From contig JBAZWG010000001.1 in NCBI GenBank assembly GCA_041660505.1, positions 477,776-541,775 of the forward strand: 64,000 nt of DNA, read 5' to 3'. The stretch comes from Minisyncoccota bacterium (GTDB taxonomy: Bacteria; Patescibacteriota; Minisyncoccia; Phycocordibacterales; JACRKE01). Both the position numbers and the translations under genes were made by a program. The notes beneath the pieces are model-generated. The model had not been told where the DNA came from and ran no database searches. It saw only the letters and a list, made by a program, of their open reading frames with translations. This document shows, one piece after another, positions 19,313 through 27,731 of the stretch. Position 1 is the first letter of the stretch. Each line of letters opens with the position of its first letter.

Positions 19313-19400
19313 CGGAGGGAGCGAGATTCGAACTCGCGAGACCCTTTCGGGTCTACCGCATTTCAAGTGCGGCGCACTAGACCAACTATGCGATCCCTCC
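19313..19400 (-). tRNA. tRNA-Ser (anticodon TGA), class II with a long variable arm
   Basis: Acceptor GGAGGGA/TCCCTCC, D-arm GCAT-AGTTGGTCTA-GTGC, anticodon arm CCGCA-CTTGAAA-TGCGG, variable arm GACCCGAAAGGGTC, T-arm GCGAG-TTCGAAT-CTCGC, discriminator G. Confidence 0.85.
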
Positions 19401-19650
19401 GCCTTGTTTCGAATAATTTATCAAGATACTCTCGCCCCGTCCCCGACTTCAACCAGTTCTCCCTTTTTCTCGCCTCGGTAAAATCTTCACAGGATTCGGT
19501 ATGAATCAATTTCCAAGGTCGTCCTGCTTTTGTTGAACTGGTTTTTCCGGCATTGTGCGCTCGTAACCTTATATCAGGAATATTCTCGTGGCTTGACCCA
19601 ACGTAACGCTTCCCAGTTTTCTCGCTTAGAAGAACATAGACACAGGACAT
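19363..19650 (-). CDS. GIY-YIG nuclease family protein (COG2827/UPF0213-type small endonuclease)
   Basis: CVYVLLSEKTGKRYVGSSHENIPDIRLRAHNAGK matches the GIY-YIG ... RL.EHN signature. The 3' end overlaps the 5' part of tRNA-Ser by about 38 nt. Confidence 0.75.
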   Translation of the reverse strand: MSCVYVLLSEKTGKRYVGSSHENIPDIRLRAHNAGKTSSTKAGRPWKLIHTESCEDFTEARKRENWLKSGTGREYLDKLFETRRRDRIVGLVRRT

Positions 19651-19691
19651 TTTGTGAGTATATCACAGGAATGGTTTTTTGCCTTTGCACT

Positions 19692-19721
19692 TCCGCCCTT
19701 CGGCGGACCCGCTGGGGCGGG
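19692..19721. repeat. 30-bp perfect direct repeat, copy 2; followed by a tRNA-Ser-like 5' fragment (reverse complement GGGAGGGATCGCATAGCGGTCT at 19722-19743)
   Basis: Identical to 19261-19290. The adjacent fragment matches the first 15 nt of the intact tRNA-Ser. Confidence 0.85.
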
Positions 19722-19851
19722 AGACCGCTATGCGATCCCTCCCAGACCGCCTATATTAGCGAAAAGTGGACAATTAGTCTAGACACTCGCTAATGGCAGT
19801 GTTACGATTATATTATTAGCAAAAGATTATTAGTAATTAATTTAAAAAAGT

Positions 19852-20109
19852 ATGATGGGTTCATGTGATGGTAAGAATCACTGCGCGATGATGAAGTTGG
19901 GCCACTGGCTCATCCTCATCGGTGCTTTGAACTGGGGGGTGTTTGGTCTTGGTATGCTTGTGGGCAAGAGTGACACCTGGAACATTCTTCGAATGTTGCT
20001 CGGCAACATGCCGGTAGTGGAAGGTGTTGTTTATCTGCTGGTCGGTGTCTCCGCTGTGATGAAGCTCATCGGCTGTCACTGCAAGACCTGCTGTTCGGGT
20101 GTAAAATAA
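19852..20109 (+). CDS. DUF378-family small membrane protein
   Basis: WLILIGALNWGVFGLGMLVG ... VYLLVGVSAVMKLIG matches the DUF378 pattern. Confidence 0.6.
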   Translation: MMGSCDGKNHCAMMKLGHWLILIGALNWGVFGLGMLVGKSDTWNILRMLLGNMPVVEGVVYLLVGVSAVMKLIGCHCKTCCSGVK

Positions 20110-20132
20110 TAACAGAGAACAATTAGCACAAG

Positions 20133-20150
20133 GCCCCACAAGGGGCTTTT
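20133..20150 (+). terminator. Intrinsic terminator after the DUF378 gene
   Basis: ggcccc-acaa-ggggc followed by tttt. Confidence 0.55.
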
Positions 20151-20180
20151 GTGCTATACTAAATACAGCCCCACCCCCAA

Positions 20181-20249
20181 CCCCTCCCCGAAGGAGAGGG
20201 GTGTTGAAACGAGTATTCACCCTCTCCTTCGGGGAGGGAAAGGGAGGGG
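20181..20249. repeat. Two GC-rich hairpins of family C (CCCCTC..GAAG..GAGGGG and CCCTCTCC-TTCG-GGGAGGG) upstream of ruvX
   Basis: Same hairpin type as those flanking the DUF559 insertion in tlyA (44202-44223 and 44602-44624). Confidence 0.5.
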
Positions 20250-20258
20250 CGAATTTTT

Positions 20259-20708
20259 ATGAAATATCTAGGCGTGGATTATGGGACGAAGCGGATAGGC
20301 CTGGCCGTCTCGGATGATGAGGGGAGCATGGCCTTCCCCTATACTGTCGTACCGAACAGAGGCATCATGCATGCGGCCGATGATATCGTTATGGCTTGCC
20401 GGAATAAAAAGATAGACGCGATTGTCATCGGCGAGTCACTCAACTATGCGCTCGAGGATAATCCTATAATGAAGCACATTCGGACGCTCGCCCAGCATTT
20501 GAAGGATAAGATAAACCTGCCGATATTTTATGAAGACGAGACGCTGTCATCCGCCCATGCAGAACGTACGCAAGCCTGCCCGCCATCACTGCGTCGGCCA
20601 GAACAGGGCCGTTCACGCAGTGGGCGGGGTAAAAATGAATTATTAGACGCCTCCGCCGCGGCGATAATACTGAACAGCTTCTTGGAAAAGCAGAAGAATA
20701 AAAAATAG
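20259..20708 (+). CDS. ruvX: Holliday junction resolvase-like protein RuvX/YqgF
   Basis: MKYLGVDYGTKRIGLAVSD is the YqgF N-terminal motif. Confidence 0.85.
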   Translation: MKYLGVDYGTKRIGLAVSDDEGSMAFPYTVVPNRGIMHAADDIVMACRNKKIDAIVIGESLNYALEDNPIMKHIRTLAQHLKDKINLPIFYEDETLSSAHAERTQACPPSLRRPEQGRSRSGRGKNELLDASAAAIILNSFLEKQKNKK

Positions 20709-20794
20709 AGAGGAATACGAATAGATATGCAACGGTCCCGGTAGCGCAAGCGCATACCGGGACCATTTTGTTGCGGGGGAGGGTCGAGCTATGC

Positions 20795-21061
20795 CTATGC
20801 CTCGACCTGGTGCTTCTTGTACTCGTTGATCATGAGGATCACGACCTCATGTTCAGCCCTGCCTGCCGCGACCTCGCGACGGGCCCTCTTCTCGAGCGAT
20901 CTCATGAGGCCGAATTGGCCCCGAGTTTCCGTGATGATCCCCATTTCCCGAAGAGCTTCCTGAAGCATCGTGTGCTTCCTCCTAATTAGTAGGTTCCCGC
21001 AACTGCGTGGTGTCGCAAGTAAGCGAAACCACTCGAGAACTAGTGTGAAATGATAACACAT
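20795..21061 (-). CDS. Hypothetical small protein
   Basis: ORF only; MLQEALREMGIITETRGQFGLMRSLEKRARREV has protein-like composition. A plus-strand ORF of similar size overlaps, so the call is uncertain. Confidence 0.25.
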   Translation of the reverse strand: MCYHFTLVLEWFRLLATPRSCGNLLIRRKHTMLQEALREMGIITETRGQFGLMRSLEKRARREVAAGRAEHEVVILMINEYKKHQVEA

Positions 21062-21104
21062 GTGGATAACTTACGCAAGTTGGATATCCACAACTTGTGA
21101 ATAT
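21061..21104. promoter_or_regulatory. Cluster of three DnaA-box-like 9-mers (one perfect TTATCCACA on the reverse strand, two with 8/9 matches) forming an inverted arrangement
   Basis: tgtggataa (21061-21069), atatccaca (21084-21092), tgtgaatat (21096-21104). Confidence 0.4.
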
Positions 21105-21142
21105 CCCCAACTCTAACTCCTAACTCCCATCTCCTAACTCCT
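21105..21142. repeat. Family A octamer array, intergenic copy upstream of pilM
   Basis: ccccaactctaactcctaactcccatctcctaactcct. Confidence 0.75.
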
Positions 21143-21162
21143 ATTTGTAGTATACTAAAGTC

Positions 21163-22245
21163 ATGAAGTCTTCTTTCAGCGCTTTTTTTCCTTTGCCCAA
21201 TAGTTTGGTCCGGCCGGCTGTGGGCTTGGATGTCTCTGATGAATCTATCAAGCTTATCGAGCTGTCGTACGCAGGGGGACAGGCGAGGCTCAAGCAGTTT
21301 GCCGAGCTACCGATACCGCCCGGTGCCATCGTGGCGGGGCAGATCAAACAGCCGGCCGACCTGACGATGGTGCTAGCCTCTATACGCAAGAGATATAATA
21401 TTTTCCAAGCGAATGTGTCGTTGCCGGAAGAATTAACTTATGTTACTAAAGTTCGCGTAGCGCTAGCACCCAAGGTGGATATTCGCGAGCAGATAGGATT
21501 GCATTTGGACGAATACGTACCTCTTCCTCCGCAAGAAACGGAATTTGATTTTGAACTAATCGCCGAGCAGGGCGACAGTATTGACTGCGCAGTGGTTGCT
21601 CTGCCGAGAGAGACGGTCACCAGCTATCTCGGCGCCTTTAAAGAGTCGGGGATAGAGCCGTTGGCATTTGAGATCGAAGCGCAAGCCGTGGCACGGTCGC
21701 TAATAAAGTCGGACGACACCGATACGATAATGACAGTGGACTTCGGCAAGGCAAGGACGGGCCTGGCGATAGTGAGCGAAGGCCGAGTGCTTTTCTCGGC
21801 GACACTGCCCTTTGGTGGCAGATACAATACTAATATCGTCATGCAGATGGAGAAACTTGATGAGGCCAAGGCGGAGGCGCTCAAGCGTAACTCCGGCTTG
21901 TCGCGTGCGTCCGGCCACGAAGAATTATACTCCATGCTCCTATCTCACATTTCCGTTTTGCGCGACGAGATGAACAAGTACCTCCTATTCTGGGGTTCTC
22001 ACAAGAAGGAGGGTGAGGCCGATCCCAAACCGGTCAACAGAATAATTCTCGCCGGTGGTGAATCAAACCTGCTCGGGTTGCCGGAATACCTGTCGGCCAC
22101 GCTGGGTCTTAAGGTGGTGATGGGGAATCCCTGGATCAATGCGTTCTCGCTTGATGAATATATCCCGCCGATCGAACAGCCGGCCTCGCTCCGGTACGCG
22201 ACAGCTATCGGGCTCGCCTTGCGCGCCAACGTAATTTTCTCCTAA
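21163..22245 (+). CDS. pilM: Type IV pilus assembly protein PilM (actin-like ATPase)
   Basis: GLDVSDESIKLIEL ... LPIPPGAIVAGQIKQPADL and the length are typical of PilM. Confidence 0.85.
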   Translation: MKSSFSAFFPLPNSLVRPAVGLDVSDESIKLIELSYAGGQARLKQFAELPIPPGAIVAGQIKQPADLTMVLASIRKRYNIFQANVSLPEELTYVTKVRVALAPKVDIREQIGLHLDEYVPLPPQETEFDFELIAEQGDSIDCAVVALPRETVTSYLGAFKESGIEPLAFEIEAQAVARSLIKSDDTDTIMTVDFGKARTGLAIVSEGRVLFSATLPFGGRYNTNIVMQMEKLDEAKAEALKRNSGLSRASGHEELYSMLLSHISVLRDEMNKYLLFWGSHKKEGEADPKPVNRIILAGGESNLLGLPEYLSATLGLKVVMGNPWINAFSLDEYIPPIEQPASLRYATAIGLALRANVIFS

Positions 22246-22260
22246 ATCATTCGTATCTCC

Positions 22261-22875
22261 ATGATCATAAACCTGCTTCCGGAAGAAGAAAAGAAATCAT
22301 TAAAACGGCGCTATTATGCGAGAATGTTTCTTGTCGGCTCAATGCTCTTTACTGCAATCATTTTTGCGGCCATACTTAGTTTGCTCCCGCCGATAATCCA
22401 ACTTAACTACGCGATAATCGGCCCTGCGCATCAGCAAGCAGCTGCGGCGAAATCCAGGGAAGCTAACGCGACCTCCACTACCCTGGCCGCAATCGTAAGT
22501 GAGATAAAAGATGTAAACGCGAAGATTGCGATAGTGAACGGTATGCCAGGAAAAATGCCTACAGGGGCAAATGTTACGAAGCAATCGGTCTTGATCTCGC
22601 GGATAATCGATTCATTGGCGCGAGCAAGCCAAGTCGCCCATGCCAAAGTAACGATATCTAATTGGCACTTCAACCGATACCCTGCCGACCCTAGCACCAA
22701 GACCCCGGCGGGCTATAATATTTCTGTCTCCGGCGTGGCGGCGACTCGAGAAGTCTTGCTTGCTTTAACCAAAGAGCTCGGGCGCAACGAGGGTATTATT
22801 GCAGTCGACAATCCTATTGCGAATTATGTCCCGGGCAAGAACAGCTCATTCGTCATCTCGCTAATCGCACGATAG
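22261..22875 (+). CDS. pilN: Type IV pilus assembly protein PilN
   Basis: MIINLLPEE N-terminal INLLP motif followed by a single TM helix. Confidence 0.75.
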   Translation: MIINLLPEEEKKSLKRRYYARMFLVGSMLFTAIIFAAILSLLPPIIQLNYAIIGPAHQQAAAAKSREANATSTTLAAIVSEIKDVNAKIAIVNGMPGKMPTGANVTKQSVLISRIIDSLARASQVAHAKVTISNWHFNRYPADPSTKTPAGYNISVSGVAATREVLLALTKELGRNEGIIAVDNPIANYVPGKNSSFVISLIAR

Positions 22876-22879
22876 TTAT

Positions 22880-23437
22880 ATGAAGATCGATTCGTACAAA
22901 ATAATATATTTAAAAATGGCGCTGTTCGTTGTCGTCCCGCTCCTGCTTTATGGGATGGTCTTTCGAACTTTGCTTAATGCGCGCGGAGAGGCGGAGAAGA
23001 TACAGACTGCGAACGCATTCGAAGAGGATACCCACTCATTGCGCGTCGCTCTCAAAGCGGCAATGGATAATTCGCTTGAAGATAGGAGTAAAATAGAAAC
23101 TCATTTTGTACGCAAGGATGATATCGTCAACTTCATCAATAATTTGGAAAAGTTAGGAAATGATAACGGTGTCGTGGCGAACGTGAGCTCGCTTGGAGAA
23201 TTATGGCAAGATCAGAATAGCGGGTCGCTGGCCATTTCTCTCCATGTCGCGGGAACTTTTACTGACGTGTACAATTATCTCCTTCTGCTTGAAGAGACAC
23301 CGCAGAAATTGACGCTTGACGACATCCAGCTGATAGCTGGGGACAGCGGAGCGCCGACGACAATAAAAGCGTTAGGCCCGCATACGAGTATCTGGACAGC
23401 CGACATTCGCGCTACGGTCGTACACTATATTAAATAG
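22880..23437 (+). CDS. pilO: Type IV pilus assembly protein PilO-like
   Basis: Follows pilM and pilN; N-terminal TM helix and a coiled region. Confidence 0.5.
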   Translation: MKIDSYKIIYLKMALFVVVPLLLYGMVFRTLLNARGEAEKIQTANAFEEDTHSLRVALKAAMDNSLEDRSKIETHFVRKDDIVNFINNLEKLGNDNGVVANVSSLGELWQDQNSGSLAISLHVAGTFTDVYNYLLLLEETPQKLTLDDIQLIAGDSGAPTTIKALGPHTSIWTADIRATVVHYIK

Positions 23438-23439
23438 AC

Positions 23440-23763
23440 ATGTTTAAAAATCCATTTACTAGACAAGTAAGAGCAACACATGGCCGGCACGAGAGGCCGT
23501 GGGGTGGTATCTACGCGCAGCGTATTTGGAAGTGGATGCTCCTGGCGACGCTTATAATCTTCTGCCTCTTTGAATGGGCGCATTTGCAGATATATCGTTA
23601 TTATACGCGCCCGGTCTCCATCTCTGTTAAGGCGATAACTAAGGAGGTTGTGAATCTGGACCGCGCCGGTCTCGATATGGCCGTATCTAGCATAAAAGAT
23701 AAAGAAGTGATGTTCAACCAGTACCTCAAACAAAAGGTCCAGATAACCGACCCGGCGCAGTAG
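23440..23763 (+). CDS. Hypothetical membrane protein in the pil cluster (possible PilP-like)
   Basis: One TM helix (WMLLATLIIFCLFEW); supported by position only. Confidence 0.35.
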   Translation: MFKNPFTRQVRATHGRHERPWGGIYAQRIWKWMLLATLIIFCLFEWAHLQIYRYYTRPVSISVKAITKEVVNLDRAGLDMAVSSIKDKEVMFNQYLKQKVQITDPAQ

Positions 23764-23802
23764 TGTACTTATTTCGAAAGTTATTGTATTGTAATGCGGT
23801 GT

Positions 23803-23874
23803 GCCCCCGTAGCTCAATGGATAGAGCAGCGCTCTTCTAAGGCGTTGATGTGAGTTCGATTCTTACCGGGGGCG
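23803..23874 (+). tRNA. tRNA-Arg (anticodon TCT)
   Basis: Acceptor GCCCCCG/CGGGGGC, D-arm GCTC-AATGGATA-GAGC, anticodon arm GCGCT-CTTCTAA-GGCGT, T-loop TTCGATT. Confidence 0.85.
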
Positions 23875-23885
23875 AACGAAGTTTC

Positions 23886-24572
23886 CTACGATTCGAATTC
23901 GCTTGCCGACATGAACGGGCAGACGCAGGAAGGTTTGTGGCAAGTGGCGCAATTGTTGTGATACACCTTCGCTATTTCTTCAGCGATATTGATACCGGCA
24001 GAATTGGCGACATCGAACATACAGGAGATAAGGTCGGCGAATTCTATCTCAAGTTTCGCCAAATGCTTCTCGTCGTGAATGGAATAATATTGATTGACAG
24101 CTTCGCTGAATTCTCCTGTCTCTTCAGCCAAGTGGATGCCGGCTTGGTCGAGAGTACGATCAGATTTGGGATAAATAGCATCGAGTTCTGCTTGGGAGGC
24201 GGCGAGAGTGCGAGGCTTTTTGCCGATAGAGTGCAGGCCTTTCACTCTTGTCTCGACATGTTTGCTTTTGCAGATGCATGGCCGCTTGCCGCAGTATGAG
24301 CAACAGCCGGGGAATCTCTTCCAGAGCATATCGCTTGCGTCGATGTGCAAGCGATTGGCAATCGACATCACCCAAGAAAACGAGAAGAGCAAATTAATGC
24401 GCAACTTCTCGACATCATTTTTCCTGATGCCTTTGATGGCTCGCATGGCGAAGATTGCTTGATTGTCTACCAGTTCGAAAAGAGAGAATTTTTGATCTTC
24501 AGAGACACCATAAACAGTAGAGACGAATTCTTGTAAGTCTGCAATTGAGCCGTTCTTGAGGAAAGAAGCCAT
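23886..24572 (-). CDS. MazG-like nucleotide pyrophosphohydrolase domain protein with Cys-rich (zinc-binding-like) motifs
   Basis: IHLAEETGEFSEAV ... EFADLISCMFDVANSAGINIAEE is the MazG EExxE pattern, together with CCSYCGKRPCIC and CATCHKPSCVCP. Confidence 0.5.
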   Translation of the reverse strand: MASFLKNGSIADLQEFVSTVYGVSEDQKFSLFELVDNQAIFAMRAIKGIRKNDVEKLRINLLFSFSWVMSIANRLHIDASDMLWKRFPGCCSYCGKRPCICKSKHVETRVKGLHSIGKKPRTLAASQAELDAIYPKSDRTLDQAGIHLAEETGEFSEAVNQYYSIHDEKHLAKLEIEFADLISCMFDVANSAGINIAEEIAKVYHNNCATCHKPSCVCPFMSASEFES

Positions 24573-24645
24573 CGCACTTGTATTATCCCACTCCTACCGA
24601 ATTTTGCAAGTACCTCAAAATTTGCTACTATAAAGCCTTGTATCC

Positions 24646-24718
24646 GCGCGGTTAGCTCAGTTGGTAGAGCAGGGCTTTTACACAGCCAAGGTCAGGGGTC
24701 CGAGTCCCTTACCGCGCA
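24646..24718 (+). tRNA. tRNA-Val (anticodon TAC)
   Basis: Acceptor GCGCGGT/ACCGCGC, D-arm GCTC-AGTTGGTA-GAGC, anticodon arm GGGCT-TTTACAC-AGCCA, T-arm AGGGG-TCCGAGT-CCCTT. Confidence 0.85.
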
Positions 24719-24725
24719 CTTTATT

Positions 24726-25796
24726 ATGGAAAAGAAAGATTATCCCATATTGCTCACACGACATCTTGAGGCGCTTAAAGCCGAGTGGAAGATTGCGTCT
24801 GCCGAGATAATAGAGTCTTGTCGTGCTATCTATCTCGAGGGGAGCGGGCTTGCCAATGAGTTCGCGCGGTTTCTCGAAGCACCGGGCAAGTTCATCCGGC
24901 CGAGCATGTTCTTGTTCGGGTACCGACTTGGCGGAAACGAGCCGGACGAAAAGCTAATACGCCTCGCGCTCGCCTTCGAACTTCTGCATACATACCTGCT
25001 TATACACGACGACATTATGGACGCGTCCGATTTGCGCCGAGGCGTACCGAGCGTTCATCGTTTGTGCGAAGCGTATCATAAAAAAGAAAAATTTCGTGGT
25101 GACAGCGCCTATTTCGGCGTCAGTATGGCTATTTTGTTCGGTGATATTATATCTTCAAAAGCTATTCAACTTTGGTCAGAAGCCGAAGTGGCGGGCGCAT
25201 CGTTGCCGAAAGCGCGCGCAACCTTCGACGCAATGCATGTTGAGGTGTGTTTGGGGCAGTATCTGGATCTCATGTCTCCGGCCGGTTCAAAGGTTCCGTC
25301 TCGAGATATTGTGGCGCAGATAATGGAAGAGAAGACGAGTAAGTACACAATGACCGCACCGCTCACAAGCGGGCTCTTGATGATTGATGCGCCCAGCGAA
25401 TGGGTGCGCGACTTTGGGACCAATCTAGGCATTGCTTACCAAGTAGCCGATGATATTCTAGGCGTCTACGGAGACCCGAGGGTAACAGGGAAGTCGGCAG
25501 ACTCCGATATCCGCGAAGGCAAAGCCACGTTCCTTGTTTGGTCAGTGCTAGAGTCTGCAACTTCTGACGACAAACAGACAGTTATAGAGTTTTATACCGG
25601 CAACGATAGAAGTGATGATGCTGTCCTGCGGGTGAAAAATCTTTTTGATAAATATGATGCGCGCGCGAAAGCCGGAGCGATTGCATCAGAGTATATGAGC
25701 AAGGCACTTGATGTCCTGACAAACGCACCGATCTCCGATATTGCAAAAGACGAGCTCAAAATATTTTCAAAGTTCGTCGTAGAAAGAAACAAATAA
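24726..25796 (+). CDS. Polyprenyl diphosphate synthase (trans-isoprenyl diphosphate synthase, IspA/IspB family)
   Basis: FARM motif LLIHDDIMDASDLRRG and SARM motif YQVADDILG. Confidence 0.85.
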   Translation: MEKKDYPILLTRHLEALKAEWKIASAEIIESCRAIYLEGSGLANEFARFLEAPGKFIRPSMFLFGYRLGGNEPDEKLIRLALAFELLHTYLLIHDDIMDASDLRRGVPSVHRLCEAYHKKEKFRGDSAYFGVSMAILFGDIISSKAIQLWSEAEVAGASLPKARATFDAMHVEVCLGQYLDLMSPAGSKVPSRDIVAQIMEEKTSKYTMTAPLTSGLLMIDAPSEWVRDFGTNLGIAYQVADDILGVYGDPRVTGKSADSDIREGKATFLVWSVLESATSDDKQTVIEFYTGNDRSDDAVLRVKNLFDKYDARAKAGAIASEYMSKALDVLTNAPISDIAKDELKIFSKFVVERNK

Positions 25797-25797
25797 T

Positions 25798-26496
25798 ATG
25801 CAACCAGAAAAAATCCCAACCAGTGTCGGTATTATTATTGATGGCAACCGTCGTTGGGCGAAGGCTCACAGCCTCCTGCCGTGGCAGGGGCACGAAGCCG
25901 GATATAAAAAAGTAAAAGAGGTGGTCGCATGGCTTCGCGACGCCGGCGTAAAAGATATCGTCGCCTATACCTTCTCGACAGAGAACTGGAAGCGCCCGGA
26001 ACAAGAAGTTTCTTTTCTTATTAAGCTTATCGAACATGTGCTCGTGAACGAGTTGGATTGGGCGAATCAAGAAGGCATACGACTTCGAGGTGTCGGTGAT
26101 ATGACTAAGTTTTCCGAACAAGTTCAGAAGCTCGTAAAAAATGCCGAAGAGAAAACGAAAAATAATAGTCGCATCACGTTAGGGATAGCATTGAACTACG
26201 GCGGTCGAGCAGAAATTTTACAGGCCGTGAACAAGCTACTTACTGTGCGAGGTTCAACCTCGCACAGTCTTGTTACTGAAGAGGAATTTTCCAAACTGCT
26301 TTATACAAAAGATATTCCGGATCCTGATCTGATATTGCGCACGAGCGGGGAACAACGTCTCTCTAACTTCCTCCCATGGCAATCAACCTACAGCGAACTT
26401 TTTTTCTTGCCTAAAATGTTTCCGGATCTGACGAAGGAAGATGTAACGAATGTCCTTGCAGAATATTCTGCACGTGATCGCAGAAGGGGAAAGTAG
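25798..26496 (+). CDS. uppS: Undecaprenyl diphosphate synthase (cis-prenyltransferase)
   Basis: VGIIIDGNRRWAK, ENWKRP and RTSGEQRLSNFLPWQ motifs. Confidence 0.9.
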   Translation: MQPEKIPTSVGIIIDGNRRWAKAHSLLPWQGHEAGYKKVKEVVAWLRDAGVKDIVAYTFSTENWKRPEQEVSFLIKLIEHVLVNELDWANQEGIRLRGVGDMTKFSEQVQKLVKNAEEKTKNNSRITLGIALNYGGRAEILQAVNKLLTVRGSTSHSLVTEEEFSKLLYTKDIPDPDLILRTSGEQRLSNFLPWQSTYSELFFLPKMFPDLTKEDVTNVLAEYSARDRRRGK

Positions 26497-26497
26497 A

Positions 26498-27196
26498 ATG
26501 AAGCGGATAAAAATAATTTTTGAAAATAAAGATTTGCTGGTAATTGACAAGCCGGCGGGGTATTTGTCGCACGGCGACGAGAAGAGCAAGGGGTCAGACG
26601 TGGCAAGTTGGTTCGCGAAGAACTATCCCAAGTCTGCAAAAGTTGGGGACGACGGTAGGGCGGGGATAGTTCATCGCCTAGACAAAGATACTTCCGGCGT
26701 GATGCTCTTGGCAAAGACGCCGGAGATGTTTACGTATCTGAAGCAGAGTTTCGAAACTAAAGATATAGAGAAAACGTACCTTGCCATAACCTACGGTGTG
26801 GTAAAAGACGAGCAGGGGATGATAGACCGGCCTATTGGCAGAAGCTCGCACGACGCGCGGCTCCGCCGGACCGGTGCCGACGCCGACGGCAAACAGCGCA
26901 ATGCGCTCACGTATTACAAAGTGCTGGAACGATTCCCGCAGAATACTTATCTCGAAGTGCACCCCAAGTCTGGTCGCACACATCAGGTGCGTGTACACCT
27001 CAAATCTATCGGCAAGCCGATACTCTGCGACATGTTGTATGCACCGGGCAAGGCATGCATGCCCGAAATGGGCAGGCAAGCCCTGCACGCATCAGAAATA
27101 ACATTCGCACTGCCGAATGGAGCGAAAAAGAGCTTCAAGTCACCCCTGCCGGACGACTTCAAAAAGACGCTTGAAAAGCTCCGAAAGATGTGTTAG
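26498..27196 (+). CDS. RluA-family pseudouridine synthase
   Basis: HRLDKDTSGVMLLAKT catalytic motif. The ATG at 26498 lies 2 nt after the uppS stop; the track gives 26450. Confidence 0.85.
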   Translation: MKRIKIIFENKDLLVIDKPAGYLSHGDEKSKGSDVASWFAKNYPKSAKVGDDGRAGIVHRLDKDTSGVMLLAKTPEMFTYLKQSFETKDIEKTYLAITYGVVKDEQGMIDRPIGRSSHDARLRRTGADADGKQRNALTYYKVLERFPQNTYLEVHPKSGRTHQVRVHLKSIGKPILCDMLYAPGKACMPEMGRQALHASEITFALPNGAKKSFKSPLPDDFKKTLEKLRKMC

Positions 27197-27203
27197 GATT
27201 CCA

Positions 27204-27239
27204 AAGGTTCAACCTTAAGCACCAAAAAGGTTGAACCTT
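27204..27239. repeat. Family D palindromic hairpin element, copy 2, between rluA-like and rplS
   Basis: aaggttcaacctt-aagcaccaaa-aaggttgaacctt. Confidence 0.8.
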
Positions 27240-27257
27240 AAAAATTTAAAAACCCCA

Positions 27258-27662
27258 ATGATTCCCGTCATTTCACCCGTCAATATAGAAGAACGCCGCA
27301 AACTCGACTTTCGAGCCGGCGACACCGTCCGCGTGACCGTCAAGATCGTAGAAGGCAAGAAGGTTCGTCTCCAAGCGTTCGAGGGTATCTGTATTGCTCG
27401 AAAGCACGGCACCGAGCCGGGCGCCTCGTTCACTATCCGCAAGATCGCCTCCGGCGTCGGCATGGAGAAAATCTTCCCTTTGTACGCTCCCGTCATCGAC
27501 AACATTAAAGTTATCAAGCGTTCCAAGACTCGCCGCTCCAAGCTCTACTTCATCCGCGACAAAGCAACGCGCGAAGTGACCAAGAAGATGAGCAAGATCC
27601 GCGCCGGCAAAGAGTCCGAGCCCTTGCCCGAAGAAGCTCCTGCTGAAGCGGTCGCGGCATAA
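27258..27662 (+). CDS. rplS: 50S ribosomal protein L19
   Basis: RAGDTVRVTVKIVEGKKVRLQAFEGICIARK matches bL19. The ATG at 27258; the track's TTG at 27231 falls inside the repeat. Confidence 0.85.
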   Translation: MIPVISPVNIEERRKLDFRAGDTVRVTVKIVEGKKVRLQAFEGICIARKHGTEPGASFTIRKIASGVGMEKIFPLYAPVIDNIKVIKRSKTRRSKLYFIRDKATREVTKKMSKIRAGKESEPLPEEAPAEAVAA

Positions 27663-27683
27663 GACAAAATAGAAACCAAGAAT

Positions 27684-27705
27684 AGCCCGTAAGGGCTTTT
27701 TCTTT
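27684..27705 (+). terminator. Intrinsic terminator after rplS
   Basis: agccc-gtaa-gggct followed by ttttt. Confidence 0.7.
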
Positions 27706-27731
27706 TCGCCTCGCTGTGTAATACTTTCTAA

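Noticed and set aside
19211-19745. Canonical group I intron within a tRNA (anticodon-loop insertion)
   Set aside because: The intervening segment contains a second complete tRNA and has 30-bp direct repeats. No P, Q, R or S core elements could be recognised by eye, and the insertion is not in an anticodon loop. The question is left open as a finding rather than called an intron.
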